64,000 bases of DNA from Takakia lepidozioides (taxonomy: Eukaryota > Plantae > Bryophyta). The position numbers and the translations under genes were made by a program. The stretch is from positions 61,380,001-61,444,000 of the forward strand of contig CM060731.1 in assembly GCA_030704615.1 (NCBI GenBank), read 5' to 3'. The notes beneath the pieces were generated by a model, which made no database searches, was not told the DNA's origin, and was given only the letters and a program-made list of their open reading frames with translations. Below, piece after piece: positions 36,821 to 50,300 of this stretch (positions are counted from its first letter, which is position 1; each line of letters starts with the position of its first letter).

Positions 36821-39490
36821 GCGGCTTGCCTCCCCACGCTGTGGATCCAACTCCACCTCCGCACCCCGTGGCTCAGGAACTAGTGCTGCTCCTCGAGTCA
36901 CTGCCGCAGCTGACTCCACTTGCATTAGTGGTAGTCCTGCCCCGCACACAGTGGTAGTGGTAGTGTCGCCCGACACTAGTGGTAGTGGTGCCCTACCCAC
37001 AGTGGTAGTGGTAGTGGCACCCCTCACTAGTGGTAGTGATGCCCCACCCATAGTGGTAGTGGTAGTGCTGCCCGACACTAGTGATAGTGGTGCCCCACCC
37101 ACAGTGGTAGTGGTAGTGGCACCCCTCACTAGTGGTAGTGATGCCCTACCCATAATGGTAGTGGTAGCGGCACCTCTCACTAGTGGTAGTGCTGCCCCGC
37201 ACATGAATCCCATGCCTCCCATGTCTCCTCCCTCAGGAGCAGGAGGTGGACCATCCGGCCTTGGAGCCGGTACCACCTGAGCTGTGGCCATGGCAGCGAG
37301 CCTCTGATCTAGCTACTGAAGACGGTTCACCATGCCTTGGTCAACACCCTGACCTCCGCGTCCTTGGCCATGTTGAGCTTGCCCTTGGCCTGCACCTCGT
37401 GCTTGGCCACCTCGTCCTCTTTGGGCTGCTCCACCTCGCCCCCGGCCACCATTGTTCCCTTGGAACTGGCCTGGGCGCAACTCAGGATGCAAACCATAGC
37501 ACTGGGCCTCTCCATTCCCGTACTTGCCACAATGCCCACACTGCAACTGTGCAGGCTGTGCCGATGCCAAACCATTGCCTCCCTCTGGGCAATCCTTCTT
37601 GACATGGGGTCCTCCACATATCCAGCACACCACATCCGCCCGTTGTTGGCCAGCAAATGAAGGGAGGGACCCCTGCATCTGAGGTCTTCTCTGCCCTTCC
37701 CTGGGCTTCACCTGAGCCCCCTTGTTGCGGGCAGTTGCAGGATTGGGTGGATCAAAAGCGGCACATGTTGAGTCCGTTGGAAGTCTATGGAATTTTATTT
37801 TTTTTGAATCTATTGCTTTCAGTTTATTTAAAAAAAAAAAGATAGTAGTATATATAACATTTTTAGTAAAGATTCCCTCCTCAAAGATTGAAAACATTCT
37901 TTACTAGATATTTTAATCTTTAATTTGAAAAAACATTTAGACATCAAAATCTAGAGTTTACAACCACTTGTCCATATACCACCTAGCACCTCTAGATTAT
38001 AGGTTTGTATGCATTTTTAGTAAAATGAGACACCTCAAAAATCCAAAACATAAGATGCTACATGGACTAGAGCAAATCAACCTGTTTTTAGGTGCAAAAT
38101 AGTCCATAGCTCTCAATTCCTAAGATAATTAGTCCACATAAAAGTGGATTTGGGTTGGATTTAAAAATGGCACCCCTAGTATGTTTTCCTTTGTGTCATT
38201 ATATAAGTGTACATGATGTTTTTTCAGTCCATAAGATTTTATGTGTAACATCTGCAGTCCACAGTAATCAACTTTAAAAGTCCATGGCTCTCTGGTACAT
38301 GATTGTTTTTGCAATCTAACAATTGGTACACATACCTATTGTAGTTAGAAACCCAACACCATATAATTTAGATGAAATATTGAGCTGTTGAACAAATATG
38401 GGTAAAACCATGTAGGGAGGTCACTGCAGAAACTGCCATGTTACGCACAAACTGAGATACCCAATCCTGCAAATACCCTTGCCATGAGCACGTTGAGGTA
38501 GTGACTGGCTAGAAGCACCACTACCCCGTGGTGCCTCCTTAGCAAATCTCACCTGACCACTCGTTCCTCCACCATTTTGAGCTTTATCTGCTCTGCCAGC
38601 AAAAACACATTTGCTAAGGTGGATTGGGCCGCATGTAGGAGAGTTGCATCCCGCACCCTTCTTCTCAGCTCCTTGTCCAATACCCTATACCAGAATTGGA
38701 CTGCCTGAGCTTCCGTAACCCCTTGGATTACATTAATCAAGCGTCTCATGCGAGTAAAAGCCTCCCTCAAGCTCTCAGTAGGCTTCCGTTGGAACTCTTG
38801 CAAGCTTCTCAACTTCTCTGTCCTCACCCCTTGGTAGTTCTCAACTCTTCGAACTCCACAACATGGTTGAAGGAGGCACGACCACTGGTGCTGGTGCAGC
38901 AGTAGCTTGGGAGGACGTCGTAGTTGCTGTGCCACTAGTCCCACTACTGCTCGTGGAAGCTGCTGTTGCAGCTGCCAGTGTGGCTGCTGCCAGTGTGGCT
39001 GCTGCCTTTGTCCCTCTAGTGCCTCTAATGACGGAGACATAGTCGGGTGACCAGTAAATCCTCCACTCCTCGATCTCAACATTGTGTCCCCGCCTAAACA
39101 TGGTAATCATCCATGGGCGGCCCCTTAAGGTTCTGAAACAGCCCCTTCCATGCCATAAAAGGCGTAACAGTTGTGGATTGCACATTTGCTGCAAATCACA
39201 CCAACTATCAAACTCTTGGATAAAATCATCCAACTCGATGGTGCCCACCGCCCCATAGTACCTGCGTGGCCCCTTGGTGGCTCCATACATCTCCTCCATT
39301 ATATCCCACAACAATGGCAAGGAAACAACTTGCACCGCCGGTGTGAGTTCTCCTGATTCACAGTCCGAATCAGAACCTTCCGTAGAAGACACAGGAGGTG
39401 AAGGTGGCCTAAACCGCACACCTCGTCTTGTGTACCCGCTAGTATCGCTAGTGCTCATACCGGCACTTTCCCCAGCAACTAGTGGCACCT
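36821..39490 (-). pseudogene. gag of copy 2, interrupted by a MITE
   Basis: Colinear with 16230-17911; has an extra 60-bp repeat expansion at ~36930-37200. Confidence 0.85.
37729..38478. mobile_element. 750-bp AT-rich MITE with 20-bp TIRs and 4-bp TSD
   Basis: GGGCAGTTGCAGGATTGGGT ... ACCCAATCCTGCAAATACCC; TTGC on both sides; empty site visible in copy 1 gag (~16875). Confidence 0.9.
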
Positions 39491-41945
39491 CCGTGTTGAC
39501 AAACTGACACTCAATTGGTCATGAACCTGTCTCTAACCCCCTCTCCACAAGGTATCCGGGTAGAGAACCTGATGCGGCTTATGGTTTGGAATACTAGGTT
39601 CCTAACATAGCCTGCATCTGCACCTGCATCCACCTCAGGCACTCCCATGGTTGGCTGGTCATCACCTCCAACCTCACCATAGGAGAAACAAAGATGGTCT
39701 GACTGGTCATCAACCCAGCCTCATCATCGACAACATGCTCTAAGGTTGGATCGGTGATCAAGCCCGAGTCAACCACCTATAAAATCAAGCGCCCACACAA
39801 AACTAGCATGACGCACAATCAAGCATGCAGGTGTGGAGGGGATCCAAACACAAGAATGAAAACAACAACTCCCCCACATTAAAAACAACTCCACAGTGTA
39901 TCCTGCAACCCAGCCCAAAACCGGACTGACTCTTGCCTCCACCTACGGAAAGGTCTCGGCCTACAAAGAAGGTGGAAAACTACGAGGAAGAGAAGCTAAA
40001 GCAATGCCTAACCCCAGCATGTTCTCATCCCAACACTCTCTGTTTTCCTCTCTTCTCTCACTTGCATGACCATGAGAGCATCCTGGCCTCCAAGGCCCCA
40101 TGCAAGCCTCCACAGGGTCCGCCAGTGCCTCCTTACGTCCACCAGCCATTCCTCGGAATGGAACCACCTTAGGAAACCACACCATTTGCTGAAGGTTCAA
40201 AAATGGAGCAAATAGAGGTATATATAGGCCCCAACAACATTCTGTCCAAAGGAATTACCTGCAAGCTGGTCTCTCCCATAGTTAAGAATTGGGCTGAAAA
40301 CCCAAAAAGATTACCTGCAGGGAAGTAATCCCCTTTGTTAAAACGCTAAACCGTTGTTATTCAGAGCCCGACCTCCCCATCAAGGTCCCACAAACGAGTG
40401 ATTTTTTTATTTTATTTATTTATTTATTTCTTCAGCACTCTGACTGTTCGTGGCCTTTCGTGGCTCCAACCGCCACGACTCCCTAGGCGCTCGTTGGCCA
40501 CGGGCTGCCCCGTGGTACCACGCCCACGAGCCTTCACGGCCCGCCATCCCCACGATCTGGTCACCGTGCCTACCCATGGTGTCCGCACCACGGCTTCCCA
40601 CGGTCACGGTCAGCGGTCACGGTCAATAGTTCCTGCGTTCCCTGGAACTCCCCACGAGTTCCCATGCGTTCCCGAGGCATTCTCGGGCGTTCCCACACGT
40701 TCCCAAGCTCTCCCCAAGCTGGGGTTTGCTCCTGCACTTGCTGCCGCTGAGCTGTGGCTTCTACGGAGCCGTCAGGCCCGTCGCCCTGCATTCCTGAGCT
40801 CTCACGGCCCACTAGAAGCGCCCCCAACTCAACAAGTAAGCTATATGCTGCCCAACAAGCTCCATTTTCTTCATGAAGCTCACAAAAACAAATCTGAAAA
40901 TACACACCTTTACAACCTTGGTTTACCTGCAGTTTTACTGTACATTCCCTGGCTCTACAACGCCTAGTTGCTGCCCTTCCAGCCCCACTCTTGCCACTCC
41001 AAGAGCCCTTACAGTGCTAGAGTTTCAGATTGAAACTTCCAAATCAAGCACATGCTTCACAAGTGCACTGATTTGCACACAAGAGGGACCAGCCCCCTCT
41101 CTTCACCCATACCTCTTCATGAGCTTGGAGCTGAACTCCCAACAGGCTGCGATGCACCCCCTCACAGCTCCACCATTCGGCTGCTCCTCATCTACCCGCA
41201 ACAACTAATTTCGGGCAGAAATACCTGGAGCTGATCATATCATCTCCAACTTGCAACACGCTAGCTTCCTATGCGCAGCCCACATTTCTGCAGCTTCTCA
41301 ATTCGACCTGCAGCTGAAGAAGACGACCACAGTTTGCCCACTCGTGGCCAGCATCTCCTCCACTTCACACTGAACCGCATACTCAATTTCCATAGCGTTG
41401 AGCTATGCAATACTGACCGCCTCTCTATCCATTGCAAACCTGCAACTTGTTCGCCTTTGCACTCTATCCGCTTTGGATAGGCTCATGCACGGATCCCTGC
41501 ACTCTAGGCTGAACCGCTTCTCATGGTCTGAAAACACAAGTGCTACGACTAACTTGAACCTGGCACTCACAGACTCGAGCTGATCTTTCTCGAGTGATAA
41601 AGAAAGGAAGGATGCAAGCACACAAGCTCTCTCAAACTCACACACTTGCACATGAAAACATCACTCATATTAAGTCAAGCCAAGTGCACCCCATGCCATG
41701 GGGAATCCACACTACGACACCATAGCTAGACGCGGTGAGGCTCAACTCGAGAAAGATGAGCCCACCGCGATCTGCCGTGAAGATAACAACACCAGGTGCC
41801 CAAACATATATTGGCCCTTGGATTGACACTTAATCCCAAATATCAATATATCAAAACTAACTATTTCCTAGCTAGTTTCACACTAGTGGTAAAATAACTT
41901 GACAATTGTTTTGTGGTTCATTCTTGCATTGGAATTGTTCTGCAG

Positions 41946-44560
41946 TTGGAGGAAAAGGCCCAGTCTGTTCTACATACGCAGCTGGCTGACTATGGCATCA
42001 CCATGACAACACCGAAGGTCACCTTCCAAGCATACATGCGGAAATGGAGAGCCACAGTGTGACAATCTTGTTTCTTCAGGGAGTTCAACAAGGAGGGTGG
42101 GATCAGTCGAACAAATGAGCTTGACCAGCAAGAGAAAGGAGAGGAAGCCTGGAAATGATGCCTTTACAGGTGCGAAATGGCCTATGCTTCTTTGTTTTGC
42201 AAAGACACTCTCTCCTCCCTCCAACTTGATTTGTGTGGGCTCATATGAGTGTGCGGTGCCGCACACTCTTTTGTTCTGTCCGTGTGTAGTAACACCAACG
42301 TACACACCTTGGGCCCTTCAGCCTATTTTGTGTGCAGTGATTACAGTGTGCGGTGCCGCACACTCGTTTTGGGGGTCTTTGTGACGTGGTAGAAAAACTA
42401 GGAGACAATAGTTGCATTGCATAATGAGACTATCTTTGTGCCGGTAGGTACATGAAGTATGTTCTCTTGGCAGAGAACTATTTGGACAAACATCCGGATT
42501 TCGTGGACCTGTGCTTGTTCCTGCTGGCAACCAGACCATGTTTACTACAGGGATCTCGTAGGACTAGGGCCCAGACCACCTTTCCAGCCGGGTTGGTACT
42601 TGGATTGCCCAGTTTCTGAGACCCCAGCGCAGGAGGTGTCTTTGAGGAGAGAGAATGAGCGTGTAGCAGCCAGCGCCGCAGCTGCTGACCTCGAGAATCA
42701 TGAAAGAAATTTGAGGATGCTTGCAGAGAAGGAGCCTCCCGCTCAGGATACCCAGAGTAAAGGTAGAAAGGGAAAGGTAAAGGATGCTACTATTGGTGGA
42801 GGGAAAGGAAGGGGTAAGGGGAAGGGAGCACAGGGGCAGATGGGTGGGCATGGAAGTGTTGCAGAAACTGGCCCAGCGGTGGATGTCCAGCCGACCAAGG
42901 AGACTCCACTGCATGGTAGGGGATCCGGGATGAAGAAGAAGGGGGCGGTTGATCCTGAGGACCCGTACCATGCAGTGGAGCATCCCATGAGGGTCATTCG
43001 TCCTATCAGGTTGGAGATGGCCAACGTCGGGTTCCTTGCCATGATGGAGTCCAAGAAATCTGATTACAAGGGCGATCCTTCACCAGTGTGGGAGAGGATT
43101 GTGGAGTTCCTCTGCATGGTGCGTGTTGTCTTTTGCTTCGTCTATGTTGTTTGAATGTTGTTTCAATCCTCTTGAGCATTCGCTTGCATGCTTTTTTGCA
43201 GGCAAAAATGACCAAATCCCGGGTGAATGGGAAGGAGAAGCCATATGCAGCTGAAGTCATAATCTTGGACATCCTTGATGAGTTGCCAGTCTCGGATGTC
43301 CCTCCAGCGGGTGCTTGTCCAGGTTGGAATGCTTTTGATGAGCGCTACTGGCGGTGGGTTTTCTCCTTTTGCAATTTCTTTCTCTCCGATGCAGGTGTTT
43401 TGGTGCTCATCCAGTCCATCAACCTTCGCTGTCGCTGTGCACTTGCCAACTATTTGAAAGCGTCAGGTATGAGGGTCGTGAAGACATGGAATTGTGTGAA
43501 CAGCATGTACCTGATGAAGGGGGATCGTCCGGGAGAGATGGTAAATCTACCTTTTTATTCCTCTTCTTGGTGGTTCTCAGATGGAGTAGCATAAGTCGCT
43601 CAAATGAATATTGAGGGGCCTGGTTATCAAGCTTCTTAATTCCTTGTGGATGTCATGTTCGCAGACTTGTCTGTTTTAAGCTGTTTGTCTCGTCCGAGTG
43701 CATCCACCTTTGACTCCAGCCGTCATTAGGGAGTTCGCCATCACTCATGGGGGCAAGTTCATAGACGAGAGGACAGATCCTCCCATGGATGCACCACAAC
43801 TACGTGGACAACAACATCTGCTTGCGAAGGGGGAATGGGGTTCCTTGGAGAGGGGCTAGGGAGAGGAGCCCGACTTTCATTCAAATGATTGTGGAGTGCT
43901 GCATCTACACCGACGCCAGAGTTTTGGATTTGTCCATGGGCACAGGTTCGTCTCTTCATCCTTCACATTTGATTGAGTTTGTTTGTGCAGCACTTCCCAC
44001 CATTCGAAAAGAGTCTTCAATGTCTGTTTCCTTCATTCAATTCCATTGCAGGTGCTTCGTACCAAGCTTACAAGGCCAGTGCACGACATCTCTTCGGGAT
44101 TGAAGGGGATGCCGAAATTTACAAGAACCTCCTGATGGGTTTGGGTGGACAAACTTCTCAAGTCCTTTCGAAGCCCCTTCTTGGTGTTATTGATACAGGG
44201 GAGACATCCGACAATGAGCTCGACAACGACTTTGCCTGTGAGTAAGTTCAACCTGTGGATCATGCTTGTATTGTTATTTCAATACCACAATCACTGTTCT
44301 TAAGGAAAAGTGCACATGGGAGACATCATCTTGGTCAGACTTGTGCATTGCATCATTGTATTCAAGATGGGTTTTTCTCGACTTGTGCATGAGTCCGTGT
44401 GCTTCCACTGACCCTCCAGGACTATCACACCTTTTTGGACTTCTTTCAAGTTCTCCTCAGTCTTACATGCTGCCCGTCTATGCGTAGGCACTCGCAGCAA
44501 GCATGTCCGTTCATGGCACTCGCAGTCCAACCATCGACGGTCGTGGTAGAAAACGTGGTG
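41946..44560 (+). pseudogene. ParB-methyltransferase gene copy 2, 3' exons (MTase domain)
   Basis: IILDILD..CPGWNAFDERYW; PWRGARERSPTFIQMIVECC..VLDLSMGTG|AS..RHLFGIEGD; last exon SPQSYMLPVYA aligns with copy 1 SPEREYILPTYA. Introns 42170-42447 and 43946-44051. Confidence 0.82.
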
Positions 44561-44799
44561 TTGGGGCTGGAATCTTTGTGGATGACATAGCAGAGGAGGT
44601 CAATTGTGATTCTGATGACCGTGACACTTGATATCAAGTTTTCTCTTACTTTTATTCGGGCCCAATTTTGAAATGAGATGGTCGTGTGTCCATGTTGTCC
44701 TATTTGCAATGTGTACGTGGGATGCGAATTCCTGGGAATGAACTATTGTTGGAGAGGGGGGTTGCATGGACTGCCCGGATTGTTCCTCCAATCTCTTTA

Positions 44800-45250
44800 G
44801 TGTTTTCCGGAGCTTACAGGCTTGTGTTCATTGCAAAAACAAACAAATGTGATGGGGTTGGGCTTCACCCATTCTCGTGTCATTTGCTCGTAGGTCTCCA
44901 AACCATTCCTGCCAGAACAATGCTTGGTAAATCCTGCCAGCATTAAAGTCCACGTGATCAAAGATCGTTCATGCATTCTTCTGAACACCTGGTGAACATC
45001 CTTGATGCTCCCGCACTTACCATACATGTTCGCAAGGGTGGTGAGTAAGAAAATATTTCGCAGGGATCCGCTTCGGATGATGTGAGTGTGCACCTGCTTT
45101 CCAGTTTCCGGGCCTTTTATCCTGATGCACTAAAGCAAAAGACAAACATATGTATGTGGATATGCTGCAATGCCTCCTTGGTTCAAAGTCAGAAGAGCCT
45201 CTTCCAGTCTGTCTGCCACACGAAGCATCTTCACATGCCAAGAATGGGTG
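44800..45250 (-). pseudogene. PPR gene fragment
   Basis: LANMYGKCGSIKDVHQVFRRMHERSLITW; similar to 22600-22990. Confidence 0.85.
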
Positions 45251-45384
45251 CCCACAAGCTGTGCTCACGACGTAGCCACATTCCCATGCAAGGGCTTCGT
45301 ATATTAATAACGTCTAAATAGATGCAATGGATAGAAAGGATGGATACAATGGATGTAACACATCCAGTCTGCATTGCCTGGAAA

Positions 45385-46000
45385 GGGCTGATGAATCCGC
45401 GGTAATAGGTGCCACCCGTGGTAATAGGCCTTGCATGTTTGCTCCGGCATGCTGACGTGGCGTGACCCTATGCTGGGCTCATGGGCTCATAGGCTCACGC
45501 CTCCAGGCTCAAGGAATAGCAGCCCCGTATGGGTGGAATAAACCACTGAAAGTCGGTGTCGGAGTCCGGGAACCGCCTCTGGAAATGGAGGACGTGCACT
45601 TTTCGAAATTGGTGGCCTTGATCGTTGTACATTTCACTCGAGACCCAGCATTGGTGCGTTCTATGTGCCAAACCTCGTCGGCACACATGGACTCCACCAC
45701 ATCGGGAAGCCTGTCAATCTCCTGCACCTTTGGACTGACAGTGGGAGATGTAGGGGTATGGCGTCGTGACGAAGGTTCCTCCACAGTGGTGGTTCCAGAG
45801 ATGGATCTCTGATTCAAGGGAACACGCGGCGTGGAGAAGTTGTCCCGGTCCGCCCTGTGCGAATCCGCATCCGAACCAGGTGGGGTGTTCAATTTCCGCT
45901 TACAAGAGCCAAATCTCTCCTCACCTTCGAGATGTGGAAAGACACGAGAGTTCTTAGTATCACCAATAAATATCGTTGCTTTCTTATTTGCTATTCATGA
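45385..46000 (-). mobile_element. Terminus and 3' transposase fragment of a third related MULE
   Basis: GGGCTG end plus CCGCGGTAATAGG repeats. HLEG..PPGSDADSHRAD..VVES..W..PTPTFSG aligns with the 14050-14460 translation. Confidence 0.7.
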
Positions 46001-47819
46001 CTCATTGCTCCTTGCTATGTTGGTTAAAGCTCGGCCTCCATGGTACAAGTCTGCTTCATCTTCCCTACTTGTTTGCAGACTCCCATTCACATTATTCATG
46101 GCTGTCATGTGGTGGGCCAAATTTTCATGGGGAATTTGCATGGAGACTGTTTGGTTGTACTCATTAACTCAGATCAATATGTCAAGTACATTTCTAGGAA
46201 GCAGCTGAGGCAGAGACTGATATGCAGGACACCAAATATGTACGACGGTAAGGGCTCTTACAGGCTTCCCTGAGGCACTGAATGTAGGAGTTCATGTATG
46301 TTCAGGGTATTGTATGTCGTAGGAATGATAGTATTGTTCTTTCTTGAGGCACTGAATGTAGGAGTGGTTTCTCTGTGTCATATTCACATACCATGCCAAG
46401 CCAACAAAACATCCCAAATTCATATAACTCATTTGAAGAGCTTTCAACAATGTAATAAAATCAATATACGGCCCGGAGCTTAACCCTTTATAAACCCTGA
46501 ATTTGACCCTGCATAAATGAAGGGTATGTTTAACTGATCTATAACCTGGTTTTATCTTTATCCTTAGGGTAAATTATGGCATTGCCGTCTATTTACATAT
46601 AACTAGAAACAAATCATGACGCATTTTACCCGGACCCGGAGGGTTGTTGAAATACAAAAACATCTATTAATACCTGCCCGGACCCGGATTGAATTTCAAG
46701 ATGCCAAATGACCCAGAGGGTAAATTAAAATCAATATACACGCCCAACACTAGTAAGAACTTAATGGATACATGACGTCCATGACATCCATGTAATCGCA
46801 GAAAGGGAATGTGACAGGGGGCGTCGAGTGGCGGGGGGCAACCTATGACAGAATGGTACGCTGGTTTTTGGCATGTCAAATCTTCCCCACCCTCTCTTGA
46901 GAGTGACATGGACTGAAGGAATGTAAACTCTAGTCGGGGTTACACTGGGTTACACGGCGAGGTGTGTAACTCCACTTGGGGTTACATTGGGTTACACGGC
47001 AAGGTGTGTAACTCCACTTGGTGTTACACAGAATGGAGTGTAACTCCACTTGGTGCAACTCACAGTTGGTCTCGAAAATTTGACTAAGTCCAAATTTGGC
47101 TTAAATGGACTAACCACAATTATATGAGAGAACAGGGTTACATAAGAGACCAATGTTACACTAATGACCCGGACTAACCAGGATTACATGAAAGAACGAG
47201 ATTACACTACAAGAGCCTCCCATCAAGAATCGAACCGAGCACCTGGGCCACCTGCAATGCTATCACCTTACCATCACGCTGCCGGCCACCAGAGCATGGA
47301 ACCCGCTTGGATTCTTAAATATTCAATAGTGAAACCGAGGTAAGAGGGGGTGGGGAGGATTTGACAGGGGCCCCTGCTGGAGGAGCCCATGTTGCCGAAA
47401 TCCCGCGAAAGTATGGTCAGATCGCACGCGTCCATTAAGTTCTTACATTATTCCTATTGTCTTCCTCTTTCTAACCTTTCCATTACTATTTAGCATGAAT
47501 TTTTAAAATAAAAATAAAATAAGGGTGTCACTCTCAATTGAAGCTTCCCCTCTCAGTCATAGTTTTCTGCTAAACACTCCACTTTTAGGGTTTTGGTGCA
47601 TGTACGTTGTCTGCAACCAGTTCTCCTCTCCACACCCTTTTGGGATCTGGCTTGATTTCCGAGTTCTTGCGATTCGTCTATTGGCTACTGACCTTTGGTG
47701 TCTCCATCACGGTTCTCCGTGCGTGTAGGCCTCAAATGTGCCGATAGTGGGCAAATTGAAACCTGTGAAGTCCCCGGAAATACAAAGAATGTAAGCTTCC
47801 AGGATAATGAAGTACAAAC

Positions 47820-47927
47820 CTCAAGCCTTTGTTGAAGGTCCTCGCGGGTGTGCGCCGCCGAGATGCAAATACGTGCCCTAGACAGTAACAGGGGAGTTGC
47901 AGGAAATGCCACCGAAACAACCGCTAC
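47820..47927 (-). pseudogene. LCB2: Isolated exon of serine palmitoyltransferase LCB2-like gene
   Basis: VAVVSVAFPATPLLLSRARICISAAHTREDL with AG/GT borders; no other exons recognised. Confidence 0.7.
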
Positions 47928-48842
47928 CTGCACACCCAGAGGTGAACCTCCATGAAGACTGCATTCTATGACTGTACCATTATGATAAGACTTTGAAGAG
48001 ACAAAAAAAAAAGGGGGGGGGGGGAGAGGACTGAGGGGCATACATTACATAGAGTAATTTTCTTCAATAAAGCTCTCAAGGGTTTCCTCCCCTTTTTCAG
48101 AAAATAAATAAATAAACGTAGCCCCTATTGTGTCACTGTTTGTCTGATGTGGCTCTCATCAGTGTCTTCGGTTTATTCTGTGTCTGTTTCTTTCTTGCAT
48201 TGTTCTAGGCCTCTCCCTCACTGGTGTGTAATTTGCCTTATGGCCTTCTCAAGGTTTATTTTTAGTATGTTATTTTTGATGATTTAGTATGTCAGAAATT
48301 GGAAGCTAATTGTTGCAATTAGAAATGAAAGAGAACATCAACACAAGTATTTTCTTACCCTTACAGATGATTTTTCTAGGTAGAAAAAACAACTAAACAA
48401 ACAGATTGACATCCTAGGCATATGTCAAAGCATACCCTAATTTATGCTTATGAAAAATTATGGTGATCATGCTTAGGACGTATCCTAATCTATCCAAAGG
48501 ATAAGTAGTAAACTCAGACCCTAGACTGTCTTCAACTAAAATCGCCACCAATGTCCCAAAAAATTTCATATTTGGCATTACAAAATAATCTAAAGTAGAT
48601 ATTAGGAAACATATCTAGAAAAACAAAGAAGACAAGTACAAACATTTTCCTTCGATTGTGCCATCAAATAATTATGAACCATACATACACCATTCCATAC
48701 CGTTAATTAATGGAGGGTTAGAAATGGTAATGATGTTACTATGACTGTTTTATAACCGAAGTCGTTTGCTGAAATATATGTGATGTATACACATATGACG
48801 GAGTTAGCGTAATTAAGAGCCTCTCCCCTTGCGGGTACTACC

Positions 48843-49546
48843 CAGTGTTGGGCGGTTCTCTGGTTTTGGGTAGAACCTGCAGGGTAGGTTCTATCTTGTG
48901 GAGAGTAAATAGAGAACCTATGGGGACGGGTTCTTAGGGTATATCTCTGAGTTTGCATTTTCGCGGGTATGTTTTATACCGGTTCTTTAATGCAATTATC
49001 CGCCAAATCCAGTGCTCGGGTATATAGGTAGAGAAATGTATAGAGAACCAAGAGATGACCCGGTTCCTTCTGAATCAAAAGTTGTTATGGACAAAATAAG
49101 TAAAAAATGTACATGTATGAGAAAAAATCCAACCCGGTCACAATTGTCAATAATTAAGGTCACTCAATAATTAAGGTCATTTTCTAGCACTGATCTTCCT
49201 CTAGATTAGGCCTGTTGGCATTCAGTTCTAGCATTTCCAGTACTCTTCCATCTTCCTCGAGGCTCCACGCTAACCCTAGATAACCCCTTATACCCAGGGT
49301 ATATGCCGGATGCAATTACCCTTACCCTCCCCTCTCATCCCAACACATAGGTTGACAGGTTCTTATGGATAATAGCTATTAGAGAACCCCGGTTTGGTGA
49401 AGTTCATGGGTAAATAGATTTTGGTATCCACCGGTTCAATCTTGACTACGGTATTTGAAATTCTAATGCCCAAGGTTAAAGGGGTATATACCCGGGTCCG
49501 GAACCGACAGTTCTTTCACCCAAAACCAAAGAACCGCCCAACTGTG
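48843..49546. mobile_element. hAT-like non-autonomous element
   Basis: TIR CAGTGTTGGGCGGTTCT..TTTTGGGT and a near-match inverse; 8-bp TSD GTACTACC / GTACTAAC. Confidence 0.75.
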
Positions 49547-49649
49547 GTACTAACTTACCCCATTTCAAGAGTGGGCTCTGTCAAAACCGGGACCAATCAG
49601 AGAGTGGCTAGTTGGTCACTTTCTTATCGTTCGTTGAGAATTAGGGCTG

Positions 49650-50300
49650 TAAATGATCTTTGATGTTGTAGCTGCCAAATGCATGGTACAATATAGAAGT
49701 GGGGTGATGTACTTAAGTGGCAATTTGAGGTTTTCTTTTAGGCTATGGATGTTATGTGCACCAGTAATAATAATCAAGAGCTCCACATTCCATCCATGTT
49801 GGAGGGTAAGAATGAGTGGGTCATATTTAATACCATGTTTATACATAATTGGTTGGTATGGATATTTATCATGACAGAATGTGAATTCTATTATATGAAT
49901 GGTGAGGGATGGGCACGGCCCTATTGGTAAACGTGCCGAGATTGGGAGTCCATCAATAGGTAAATTATCATGGTAGAGTCATGCCAAACAGCAACATGGG
50001 TATTTCAAGCAGGAGCATGGCAGTAACCGTAGGTGTATTGTGTGGTCTGGTGGTTTACTTTAGAACATGTTATACAAAGTCCATGGAGTATGTTATGTCT
50101 TTGCTTGTCCATGTGCTGGCCATATCGAAATCGTAGTATGTCTTTGATCTGTTTGTCAGTGCATGTTGCGTAACAGAAGTGGAGAGGAGACCCACTTTGA
50201 TATGTAGGAGTTTGTGTAGGTGCGGAACGCCTAGACTAGCTCTTTTGTTCCTCTGAAATAGATGTCATAATATGCAAAGGCCTCCTTTAGAAGGTGTCCA
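49650..50300 (-). pseudogene. Possible decayed 3' end of a non-LTR element with restriction-like endonuclease
   Basis: IHIIEFTFCHD...KYDPL...GWNVELLIIITGA resembles an RLE C-terminus; heavily degraded. Confidence 0.4.

Larger units (their letters stand above)
28175..41904 (-). mobile_element. Split-repeat gypsy-type retrotransposon copy 2 (rearranged by two inversions)
   Basis: A1 41595-41904 (-); B1 29343-29638, A2 29641-29946, B2 29948-30176 (+, inverted); TSD CAAT (30177-30180) matches ATTG (41905-41908). Confidence 0.85.

Noticed and set aside
758-41904. DIRS/Ngaro tyrosine-recombinase element
   Set aside because: No YR motifs seen; a DDE integrase, PPT, TG...CA ends and 4-bp TSDs are present.
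45385-46000. Right terminus and transposase of the ParB-MTase copy 2 element
   Set aside because: The terminal motifs face rightward and the transposase is convergent with the MTase gene, unlike element 1; treated as a separate truncated element.
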